NCBI RefSeq assembly: GCF_018977255.1 | Contig: NW_024704771.1 | Span: 2,294,001-2,358,000 of the forward strand | Direction: 5' to 3' | DNA length: 64,000 nucleotides | DNA from: Callorhinchus milii | Lineage: Eukaryota | Shown: positions 44,901 through 55,680 of the stretch, one piece after another | How the letters are laid out: every line of letters starts with the position of its first letter | Numbering within the stretch: the first letter of the stretch is position 1 | Notes under the pieces: generated by a model | Database searches by the model: none | Told to the model about the DNA's origin: nothing | The model's input: only the letters and a program-made list of their open reading frames with translations | Made by a program: the position numbers and the translations under genes

Positions 44901-47900
44901 TTTTTTTCCTCACCTCCCCTGTGTTGCTTTTAACAACTATTTTAAATCTTTGTTCTCGGGTTACCGACCCACCCTCTAGTGGAAATAATTTCTCCCTGTT
45001 CACCTTATCGAATCCCCTCATAATATTGAAAACCTCTATTATGTCACCTCTAAACCTTCTCGCTCCAAGGAGAATAATCCTAGCTTCTCTAGCCTTTGCT
45101 GATAACTGATGTCCTTCAATCCTTGTACCATCCCAGTAAATCTCCTTTGCACCCTCTCCATTGCCTTGACATCCTTCCTAAAGTGTGGTACCCAGAACTG
45201 AACACAGTACTCCAGGCCTAACCAGTGTTTTATAAAGGTTCATCATAACTTCCTGACTTCTGTATTCTATGCCCCTATGTATAAAGCTTAATATTCCGTA
45301 TACTTTTTGAACAGCTTTATCTTCCTATCCTGTTACCTTCAAAGAGTTACTTATATGAACCCCCTGATCTCTCTGTTCCTTCACTCCATTTAAGATTGTA
45401 CCATCAGCTTATATTGCCTCTCCTCATTCTTCCTCCCAAAATGCATCACTACATATTTATCCACATTAAACTTCATCTGGCATGTGTCTGCTCACCAGTC
45501 TGTTTATCTCCTCTTGCAGTCACTGTTTATTGCTTTTCCTGGCTTAGTGTCATCTGCAAACTTGGAAATTGTACTCTCTATACTGAATTCCAGGTTATTT
45601 ATATAGATCAAAAACAGCAGTGGTCCCAATACTGTCCCCTGGAGGACACCACTGCACACTTCCTTCTAGTCAGAAAAACAACCGTTCACCATCATTCTCT
45701 GCTTTCTGTCCACCAGTTAGATCTGCATCCATGCTGCCACTGTCCCTTTAATATCGTGGGCTTCTATTTTGCTTACAAGTCTCTTAAATTGCCTTTTTAT
45801 CAAACACCTTTTGAAAATCCATATAAACTACATCAACTGCCCTATCTTCAACCACCTTCTCTGTTACTTCATCAAAAAACCGTATCAGGTTTGTTAGACA
45901 CAATGTGCCTTTAACAAATTGACTGATGGCTATCCTTTATTAACCCATATTTTTCTAAGTGAAAATTTATTTCTCCCAAATTATAGTCTCTAGAAGTTTC
46001 GCCACTACTGACGTTAGGCTGACTGACCTGTAGTTCCCGGGTTTACCCTTCTGCCCCTTCTTTTACAGGGGACTAATATTTGGCAACACCTCGGTGTCCA
46101 AGAAGAATTGAAAGATTGTGGCCAGAGCCTCCGCTATTCCAATACTTACTTCCCTCAGTAATCTAGGATGCATCCCATCTGGATCATCTAACTTGGTCCC
46201 AAATTGTCCCCACCCTAACTTTGACTAATCTTTAACTCTTTATTTGTTTACAAAATACCTTAGGGTTACCTTTGATGTTACCCACTAACCTTTGTTCATA
46301 TAATCTCTTTGCTCCTCTTATTTCCTTTTGCAATTCTCCTCTGTACTTTCTATATTCTATTCGATTATCTTCTGTATTTTGTTCATGATATTTATCATCA
46401 GGCTCCTTTTTCTGTTTTACGTTAATCCCAATCTCCTTAGTCATCCAGGGAGGTTTGGATGCCCTAACTTTCCCATTTTTGGGAATGTATTTGTTCTACC
46501 TCTGAACCAGCTCTTCATGAAGATTTCCCATTGTCCTTTAGCTGATTTATCTGCCGATCTTTCTTTCCAGTCCACCTTGGCTAAGTCCCTCTTTAACTCA
46601 CTGAAATTAGCCTCTTCCAGTTGAGTATCTTCACCTTTGATTGTTCCTTGTTCCTTTCCATAAGTGCTCTAAACCTAATGATGCTGTGATCACTGTTGTC
46701 CAGATGCTTTCCTACCGAATCCTGGTCCACTTGCTCCACTTCATTCCCCAGAACTAGAGCCAGTATTAATATCTTCCTTGTTGGGCTGGAAACATACTGA
46801 TCCAGAATGTTATGCTGCACACATTTCAGGAATCCTTCCACCTCCTTGCCCTTTACCCTCTTATTGTGCCAGTCTACGTTAGTATAATTGAAGTCCCCCA
46901 TTATTACTACTCTACTGCTTTTTCATCTTTCTGAAATCTGCTTGCAGATTTACTCATCTATCCCCTTCCCACTATTTGGTGGTCTATAGTATACACAATA
47001 CAATTACACAAATTTTGCACTGTAAGTTTGTAATCACATTTCTTTGAAAAATACTTTGTTATTGGTTTTCAACAAATTAGCTGTGATATCTGAAGTAAGA
47101 ATTTCTCTGAAAAATGCTGCTTACTTCAGAATGATTTCTATCATGTCTTACAATCTCTGGCACCAAACTAATACTATGAGAATTGCCTTCACATAGTTAT
47201 CCTAAAATAAATATCAGTATAACAGCTGTGTATTATAGATCACCGAATGGTTCCCACATTCATCTAAAACTACTGCACATTTTATTCATAAATCTTGCAT
47301 GAAGTATATTGCATTTCACATGAAACCACATGAGTTTTATCATTTGTGATCTTTTTGTTATCAGTACATACCTTTAATCTCTCTGTGCTGCTTTATATTG
47401 TAAGGCAAAACAAAACTCAGAGCCACTGTGACAAGTCCTAAAAGCACTGAGGAAACCACCAAATTCACTGGCACTTTGGGAAAGAACTCATCTGTCAAGA
47501 AATGTAAATAGATGTTCATTGATAATGATAATAATAATCTACACATTTGATATTACTTTGGTGTTACATCTCTAAGTGCTTTACAGAGTAAAGTGCAGGA
47601 CTCTATTTTGTGGGCAAAACATGGCAGCCAGTTGCGCACAGCAGTGTCACACAAACAGTCATGGATTGAGTAACCAAATTTTCGGGGGGACAGATTATTA
47701 CTCCCAGAAAACGATCCTCCAATTGACCAACAATCGTATTCCTACTTAATGATAGGTAAGCAGAGGCATTTGTGTGGAGTAAGGAAACTTGCCTAAGGTT
47801 TCTTCATGCCTGGGAATTGAACCCAGGTCCTCCTGCTTGTGAGGCCACTACACTAAGGAAATCCTTTCATTCTGATATCAAACAACAAATCGCCTTCAAT

Positions 47901-50280
47901 TCATTACTCAACACTCTTTGCTGAGATCTTGTAAGTTACAGAAATCTGTATCATATTTATCAGACTATCATTAGTAATTCAGTGTAAATACTGACCTGAT
48001 ATATGCAGTTTCCCTTCTTGTTCATTTTCTTCATTGTGAATTAGACACCTGATCTTGTTCGTTGAATGGATTATTTCTATTTGGCTTTTAACACTGTAGA
48101 GACCTTTAGAATCCTCTCTGACCGTCCAGTTACTGAACGTTGTTAAGTTGTTTCCCTGATCATCCAACCATAGAACCTCTGGTGCTGGGAACCATCCACT
48201 GGATTCACACAGCAGCCTCACACCATCACTGTGCTGCCCATCAACGTGAATCCAAGGCTGACTGCCAAGGCCTGGAAGAGACAGGAGTCGTGAATCAGAC
48301 AATATTTATCCCCAGGATATTACAGTGCAGTAACTTTAATGAAAACACATTGACAACATTCTGAATAGATGATATTAAATTACATTCATTTATAATAATA
48401 ATAAACCTTGCATTTCATATAGCGCTTTTCACGTCGGGAGGACGTCCCAAAGCGCTTCACAGAACACACTGTAAAGTGCATTGACTGTATATTTGTGGGC
48501 GAACGCGGCAGCCAATTGCACACAGCAATGTCCCACAAACAGTCATAGATTGAAAATGACCAATTTATTATTGCTTTTGGTTTTGGAGGGATTATTATTA
48601 GGCTCTGTGTGGAGTAAGGAAACTTGCCCAAGGTTTCGCCCTCTGCCTGGAATTGAACTCAGGTCTCTCACTTGCAAAACGAGTGCTCTAACCACTGAGC
48701 TACAGGACTCCACGGCACTTTATGTTATTAAAACACATGTAGTTTCACCCACAAAATACACAGACAACTACACAGTGAATTCACTTCACAGTACATTCTG
48801 TGAAGCACTTTAAGATGTCTCAAAGATGCGATAAGGCGTCATATCAATTGGAAAGATTATTATCATTATCATTACTTTGGAATGTAATTATCATTAAAGT
48901 GGAGTCCTGTAGCTCAGTGGTTAGAGCACTCGCCTTGGAAGCGAGACACCTGGGTTCAATTCCAGGCAGAGGGCGAAACCTTGGGCAAGTTTCCTTACTC
49001 CACACAGAGCCTAATAATAATCCCTAAAACAAAACAATAATAAATTGATAATTTTCATTCAATGACAGTTTGTGGGACACTGCAATGCTCAATTGACTGC
49101 CGCGTTTCGTCCACAAATATACGGTCAATTCACTTTACATCATGTTCTGTGAAGCGCTTTGAGCTGTCGAGAAGACATGAAAAGCACTATATTAAATGCA
49201 AGATTGTTTACAGACTTTTCTTTGTTTATAATGTATTTCAAACACAGAATAACATAACGATTGTATTTACACACCATTACCCCCCAAAAAAATGAGTTGT
49301 AAACATTTCAAACCTATAACTTTCAACTCCATCACTGCCTCTTCATACCATCCAGCGTAGTCAATGAAACATCTGTAGGTGCCATTATCTGAGCCCCATA
49401 CATCTTTGAGTTTGAGAGATACATTGCCATGAATGAATTCCTTTTTAAAAAGTTCTGTTCTGTGTTTGTAGGCTTCTTCCTGCTCGCCTGTCTGATCGCG
49501 CCCCTCACTGTATAAGTGCACAAGGGAGTCAAATCTTGTCCTGAACCATCTCACCTCCACACCCTCCAGGGGAAGGTCTGTGGAACACTTACAGTCCAGC
49601 ACAACATCCGAACCAGCAATGGCTGGGACTGGGAGGGCCGGGCCACTGACTGTGAATCTCTCTGTTTAATTACAAAAGAAAGGGGAAAAAAGTTAGGATT
49701 TGCAGAATGGCACTGGTACAACTTCCTGTAACTCAGTGGTTAGAGCGCTCGCCTCGCAAGAGAGAGGACCTGGGTTTGATTCCCATGCAGAGCGGTATGT
49801 TCGGCAAGTTTCCTTACTCGACACGCCTCTGGTTACCTTGCAGTGAATAGGAACTTGGTTGTTAGTCAATTGGCTGACCGCATTTCCGAGGGTAATAATC
49901 CCTCCAATAAATAAATAAATGAAATTGTAATAATTTAATCACTCACACCATGACTGTTTTGGGAATTGGCTGCCTCATTCCAACCACAAAATATACAGTC
50001 AACTTACTTTGTAGTATATTCTGTGAAATGCTTTGAGACATCTTAAAGATGTTATAAGGCGTTATATCAAATGCAGGATTTATTATAAATATTAAGGTAG
50101 AACATCAGCAGCTGTCAGTGCGTGAATTTCGCTCACTCCCAGCCACGGTCTTCAGCAGCTCCCCCTTTACCTTCAGCAATTTAACACCAACAGAAATCAA
50201 AGACATAAATGTGTTTCCTTACCAGTCAGTGAGAGGGGAAGCACAAGCCATAGGACCTGAATACCGTGTTTCCAGCTCAT
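38355..50280 (-). CDS. Butyrophilin-like gene 2, intact, 465 aa (leader, IgV, IgC, TM, B30.2)
   Basis: Phase-1 exons 50223-50280, 49314-49661 (348), 47996-48271 (276), 47372-47491 (120), 44531-44548 (18), 40608-40634 (27), 38355-38905 (551). The total of 1398 nt is open to the stop codon, and all introns are GT-AG. Confidence 0.92.
40608..40634 (-). CDS. 27-nt exon of butyrophilin-like gene 2
   Basis: cttttcag|AGATGAAAAGGCTTTCCCGTTGTGCAG|gtaatt, reading EMKRLSRCA. Confidence 0.8.
40705..41170 (+). mobile_element. Old SINE (DeuSINE/SacSINE-like)
   Basis: tggctcagt head, gggtgttaaagatcctttggcactatttgaa core, and L2-like tail. Confidence 0.65.
41825..44385 (-). mobile_element. CR1 LINE, 5'-truncated (part of endonuclease plus RT), degraded
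   Basis: [38 protein letters not shown] and VYRPPNS motifs. Tail aggagtaggccattcagccc with (cataa)n. Confidence 0.9.
44531..44548 (-). CDS. 18-nt micro-exon of butyrophilin-like gene 2
   Basis: ccaatag|ATCTCCAGAAAAGACTGG|gtaagt, reading DLQKRL. Confidence 0.78.
44675..47010 (-). mobile_element. CR1 LINE, 5'-truncated and internally deleted
   Basis: [31 protein letters not shown], with a tail at 44675-44720. Confidence 0.88.
47372..47491 (-). CDS. Transmembrane exon of butyrophilin-like gene 2
   Basis: [40 protein letters not shown]. Confidence 0.88.
47530..47860 (-). mobile_element. tRNA-headed SINE, older long subfamily
   Basis: gtggagtaaggaaacttgcc core and reverse head. Confidence 0.7.
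47996..48271 (-). CDS. IgC exon of butyrophilin-like gene 2
   Basis: [42 protein letters not shown]. Confidence 0.92.
48392..48713 (-). mobile_element. Full-length young tRNA-Ala-like SINE
   Basis: Near-identical to 29439-29758. Confidence 0.92.
48899..49205 (+). mobile_element. Full-length tRNA-Ala-like SINE, head-to-head with the previous copy
   Basis: gtggagtcctgtagctcagtggttagagcactcgcc... Confidence 0.88.
49314..49661 (-). CDS. IgV exon of butyrophilin-like gene 2 (348 bp)
   Basis: [58 protein letters not shown]. Confidence 0.93.
49721..50090 (+). mobile_element. tRNA-headed SINE, older long subfamily
   Basis: cctgtaactcagtggttagagcgctcgcc head with the long core. Confidence 0.75.
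50223..50280 (-). CDS. Leader exon of butyrophilin-like gene 2
   Basis: [22 protein letters not shown] at 50280, donor gtaagg. Confidence 0.85.
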
Positions 50281-50489
50281 CTTCTCGGATCTGCACAATG
50301 AGATCACAACTGGTTACAACACAGAAAATCAGATCGTTACACACAGAGATTTGTGATTATGGATACTAATAAAGTAGCAGATACTTTGAAGTTACAGAGA
50401 CACAAAGAAGCCTCAGCGTAGGCCAGATGGCAGGCCTGAGGTTTGGTAGTGCAGTGGTGGGGTTTGGTGGGGAGATTCTGAGGTCGCAT

Positions 50490-51070
50490 CCATGTATGAG
50501 GCACGCAGGACACTGAGCGCCATCCAAGGTGCCTACAGCCTCCACGATTGCATTATTTTAGGTCGCAGTGATCAACCTATGGCCTGTGGGCTAGAAATGT
50601 CTCATGGGGCCTTCAAGAAGCAGCCCTCTGAACTCCACACTCCCATCACCCCAGTCCTTGCCAGGATCCACTGGCTCCGTCACAGAACAGATCAATTTCA
50701 AGATCCTCTCACTCTACAGATCCCTTCAAACCCTGGCACTTCCTTGCCTCTCCAACCTGCTTTTCTCGCAATGCCACAACCCATCACCTCCACCGGGCTG
50801 GGTCCAGCCTCCTGCTTGTCCCTTGTGCCCTCCATTCCACCATAGGCAGCTGTGTATTCAGCCACTGCACCCCCCAACTCTGGAACTCTCTCCCTCAGTC
50901 CCTCCACCTTGCCTCCTCTTTCCCCATTTACAGACCAGCTCTGAAGACCTTCCTCTTCTGCTGTTCCAACGGTCCCCTCCCCCCGGCTTGGTGTCAGGCT
51001 CCACCACTGTTAAGCTTTCCGATAGCTACCCTACTTGAACTCCGAGCTATAAATGCAAGTTGTTGTTGTC
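50490..51070 (+). mobile_element. Degraded L2 3' fragment
   Basis: PITPVLARIHWL, plus a tail. Confidence 0.65.
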
Positions 51071-52189
51071 GACATCGGTCCATGTTTGATGGTAATGTGT
51101 TTTCATTTCTTTCTTATTTTGTTCACCAACCATAAAGGATTGTGGATTGTTGTTGTTCAGTTGTTCTCTTGAGAGAATAAATTTGTGTATCCTCAACTGT
51201 GTCTGTGTGCCCACATCAGCCTGGCTTGCGGGCTTCCTGGTTGCAGTATCTTGTGATCTTGTGACTCATCTTTCACTTCCCTTCCCAACCGCCCACCCAC
51301 AGTTTGGAAGATGTTGTAATCACCCAAGAATGGGTCCATGTCATGCAAGCGTTTACAGTCACAGCTTCTTCCTCAACTGGAAAGCACAAAAACACAATTC
51401 CAAAGCTGAATAACAAGAAAAAATGTTCAACAGAAAACAAGAAATCACAGAGTGATTGCAGAATAACAGCAATTTACAAGTAAAAGTACATTTCACACTG
51501 GGCCATTGACCCCCATTAAGCACGTGCTCTGAATAATCATTGCAAGTGGAACCTATCCACTCACTGGCAAACTAGAACAGAAATAAAATATGACTGGGGA
51601 TTTGTCAGCTAAATGAACATTTCCAGATTGAAAGTAAAAAGCACAAACTCTGATGATGCACTGGCTTGGAATGAAGAGGCCGATCGTGAGGTGAGTGAAG
51701 CCAAGAGAGAACACCCCCTTCTCCCAGCAAGGTACAGCCCTCCCACACACAGTGTGATCTGAAAGTCTCTCTTACCTTCCTTTCCAGTCAGGATCAAGTT
51801 GAAAGATGTTTCTATGGCAATTGGCTGCCGCGTTCGCCCACAAATATACAGTCAATTCACTTTACAGTGTGTTCTGTGAAGCGCTTTGGGACGTCCTCCT
51901 GACGTGAAAAGCGCTATATCAAATGCAAGGATTATTATTATTATTATTATTATTATTGAGACAAAGTGGTGGAAGCAGCCACAAGAGGAAATATATACAC
52001 AGGATTTCACTTTTCAGTATGTCAGTGCCAGTGTAGTGACAGATGATAATAATAATCCTTGCATTGATATAGCACCCTATCACATCTTTGAGACATCTCA
52101 AAGTGTTTCACAGAATATACTGTAAAGTCAAGTGTCTATATATTCTGTGGGTGAACTGCAGCAGCCAATTGCACACAGCAGTGCCCACA

Positions 52190-53071
52190 AATAATAATAA
52201 TAATAATAATAATCCTTGCATTTGATATAGCACTTTTCACGTCGGGAGGACGTCCCAAAGCACAGTCTGGATTGAAGTGACCAATTTTTTTAAAGGAATA
52301 AATTATGTGCAAATTGATTAACAACAGGGTTCCTACTTACGGCTACGTAAACAGAGGCATGTGGAGTAAGGAATTTGTCCAACATTTCTCCCTGCCAGAA
52401 TCAAACCCAGGTCTCTCGCTTGCGAGGCGAGTGCTCAAACCACTGAGCTACAGGATTCCATTAATTCCAGTCTTTGTGCATTACCTGATGGAGACCCAAC
52501 ATCCAGTCAGCAAGAGACTGCACGGAGAGTGTGAGAGAGAGAGAGAGAGACTGCATATAATAAATGACGCCATTTCACTTTGGAAAATCATAATAGAGTT
52601 CATGCAAAATAAAATAGTTTCAAAGGATTGTGATAACCTTATAGTTCCCTCGTACATAAAACTGAATTGAAATAACTAACTCTACAGACAACAAATTGCA
52701 TTTATATAATAAATAATAATATAATACAATAATCCTTGCATTTGATGTAATAATAATAATAATCCTTGCATTTGATATAGCACTTTTCACGTCGGGAGGA
52801 CGTCCCAAAGCGCTTCACAGAACACACTGTAAAATGAATTGACTGTATGTTTGTGGGCGAACGCGGCAGCCAATTGCGCACAGCAATGTCCCACAAACAG
52901 TCGTAGATTGAAAATGACCAATTTATTATTGTTTTTGGTTTTGGAGGGATTATTATTAGGCTCTGTGTGGAGTAAGGAAACTTGCCCAAGGTTTGGCCCT
53001 CTGCCTGGAATTGAACTCAGGTCTCTCGCTTGCAAAGCGAGTGCTCTAACCACTGAGCTACAGGACTCCAC
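52190..53071 (-). mobile_element. Two tRNA-Ala-like SINEs (about 52190-52460 and 52748-53071)
   Basis: (ATT)n tails and reverse heads. The second copy is near-identical to 29439-29758. Confidence 0.85.
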
Positions 53072-53074
53072 GAT

Positions 53075-53670
53075 CGCTGGGTTGGGGGTGGAGGAGGGAA
53101 GATAACTGAAAGCACAGTCAAAAAGGAAGGTCTTGAGATGGGCCTTGAAGGAGACAAGGGAGAGGGTGAGATGGAAAGGCTCCAGGATAGAGTTCCAGTG
53201 GATGGGAGCAGAGAGAATGAAGGCCACTGAAGGTAAAGCAGACGGTCCTGGGGATGTGGAATAGGCCAGTATTGGCTGAGCGGAGGGAGCGGACAGGCTG
53301 ATTACATTTTAATAGATCACAGAGGTGGGAAGGAGCAAGACCGCGGAGGGCTTTAAATGTGAGGATCAGGATTTTGAACTCTATCCTCTGGGGGATAGAG
53401 TTCGAAATGGAGGCAGTGGAGCTGCACAAGGGCGGGGACGATGGGGTCATGGAGCCTGGTGCAGGAGAGGGCATGAGCTGCAGAGTTCTGAATAGTTGAG
53501 GGTCAAACAAGATGCCCAGGTTCTGGACTGGCTTACGGAGCTGCAGTGTGTATCCGTGAACAGCGATTCTGTCAGCGCCTGAGGTGTGGAGGTGCTGATG
53601 GGGACCGAACAGGAGAGCCTCGATCTTGTCGACAGTCAAGTTAGCTCTCATCCAAGAATTGATGTCTGAC
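53075..53670 (-). mobile_element. Degraded L2 3' fragment
   Basis: [36 protein letters not shown]. Confidence 0.8.
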
Positions 53671-54689
53671 ATTCTGCCAGGAAAGCTGTGGTCCTGTGGT
53701 TGAGCGCAGAAAGTGACAGGAAGAGAGGGGGAGTGGGTGGTAGTCGCCCCTTTACCTCCGCCGCTGCTGTATAGTTTTTGAAGGGAAGGGCTCTTACCGT
53801 GAATTGGGTGCGGAAGCATTTTACATTCCAGTGGGGTTTAATATGCTGTTTGGGTGAATTGGGCAAAAGGGTCTTTACATTCTCCTCTAGAAAGACACGT
53901 TCAGGTGTGAGGCAATAAAATCATTTATTGGTAACAAAATCACTGGTTGCAATATTTATTAAATATTTACAGGGAATATTACATAGAATTGCACAGACTG
54001 TGCAAAAGAAAACAGGCCATTACGATTAACTCCTGCAGTGGGTGATTGTTTTTATAGTCCTCAGGAATTCTCTCTCTCCCATATCCCTCTATTCCCTTCT
54101 CCCTCATGTATGTAAATATGAGAAAGGTCAAACTGAATTAAAACAATGCAGTAAACCAAAAATATGATACTAAAAATATATATATTCTAATCCTTGCATT
54201 TGGTTTAGCATTGTATCACATCATCAAGATGTCTTAAAGTACTTCACAAGGTGTAGGCGAAACAAAATACACCGTGTTTACATAAAGTAATACAAAGATG
54301 CACAGCAGCTGTACTGTACTGGATTATTAATTCAACTAGTATTACTCTTTGCATTGATACAGTGCTAATTATCTCAAAATATCTCAAAGTGTTTCCAAGA
54401 TGTTTTACTATCAAGTTGCTGGAACACACTCTCTCTATCCCTCAGCCCCTTGCCCCAACATCCTTTTTGAGTGTCACCTCCCCCCACCTCGGCACCACCA
54501 GCTCGGAGTCAGACTCCGCCACTGGGAAGTGCTCTGAGATGCTACCCTGTGTGGAGGATGCTATATAATGGCAAGTTGTTATTGTGTCTTACATTTAAAA
54601 TGTTCTGATTCAAATTGATATCCTTGAAATCGTTTTACTTGACAGGAATATGCTTGAAGTCATCCATACTTTATGAATGGTTTCAGGTC

Positions 54690-55130
54690 CCGGGTGTCAG
54701 CCTGAGAGCTGGGAGCACTCTCACTTCTTGGTAGGTTCAAGGTCCAAGTCAGGAAATTTTAGCTCATAATCCAGGCTAACTGACACTCCAACGTAGTGTT
54801 GGGGGGAAATGCTATATTGTCGGATATGCCTTCATTTGATGCCCTCCCTACTCCTGTTCCTATGTTCCTATATTCCTATGAGACATTAAACTAAAGTCCC
54901 ATCTCCCTATTAAGGTGAAGGTTAAAGATCCCATGGCTCTAGTCAAAAAGAGAAGAGCTTTTTCCAATGTCCGAGCCAACGCTCCCCTAGATAAAATTGG
55001 TCACTCACCCCATGGTTGTCCATAACTTGGCTGCCAACTTGCCCCCAATTAAATAGTCACTACATTTTGTAGTAAATCCTATGAAGCACTTTGAGACATT
55101 GATAACGTGATAAATGCAAGGGATTATGTT
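54690..55130 (+). mobile_element. Old SINE (DeuSINE/SacSINE-like)
   Basis: ggtgaaggttaaagatcccatggc core and tail. Confidence 0.6.
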
Positions 55131-55680
55131 TCTAGAATCATAGAATCTTACAGCACAGAAGAAGGCCATTCGGCCCATCGTGTCACCTCCTTGAAAGAAC
55201 CACCAACTAGTCCCACTCCCCCATTCTAACCCCATAGCCCTGCAAATGTTTCATTTATCAAATACTGATATAATTCCTTTTTGAAAACCTGCTGTCGAAT
55301 CTGCTTCCACAGACTTTCAGACAGTGCATTCCAGATCATAACAACATCTCCTTAGCTTTACATTGCAACAAACACAGCTTGTTTAGCTTCCTATACTAAT
55401 GATTGTAGTGACGTGTTCCCCAAAGTTACTGGTATAATAACTCAATTTGATTCAGACAATTGCACACAATTTCTTCTGTCAACTCCGACCACTTTACATT
55501 TCTCTGTATTAAGCTGTGTCTGTGTCTCTCTGGTTATTGCTGATTAAGCTGTCTGCACAGTGACAGAATGATTAATGCTACAATGCAGGTCCAATGATGA
55601 AAATAACACCAAACAATCTGAGTGTTGACCAATATTATGAATGGGACATTCAGTTTGAGTCGATGGAATTTTCTTCCTTA

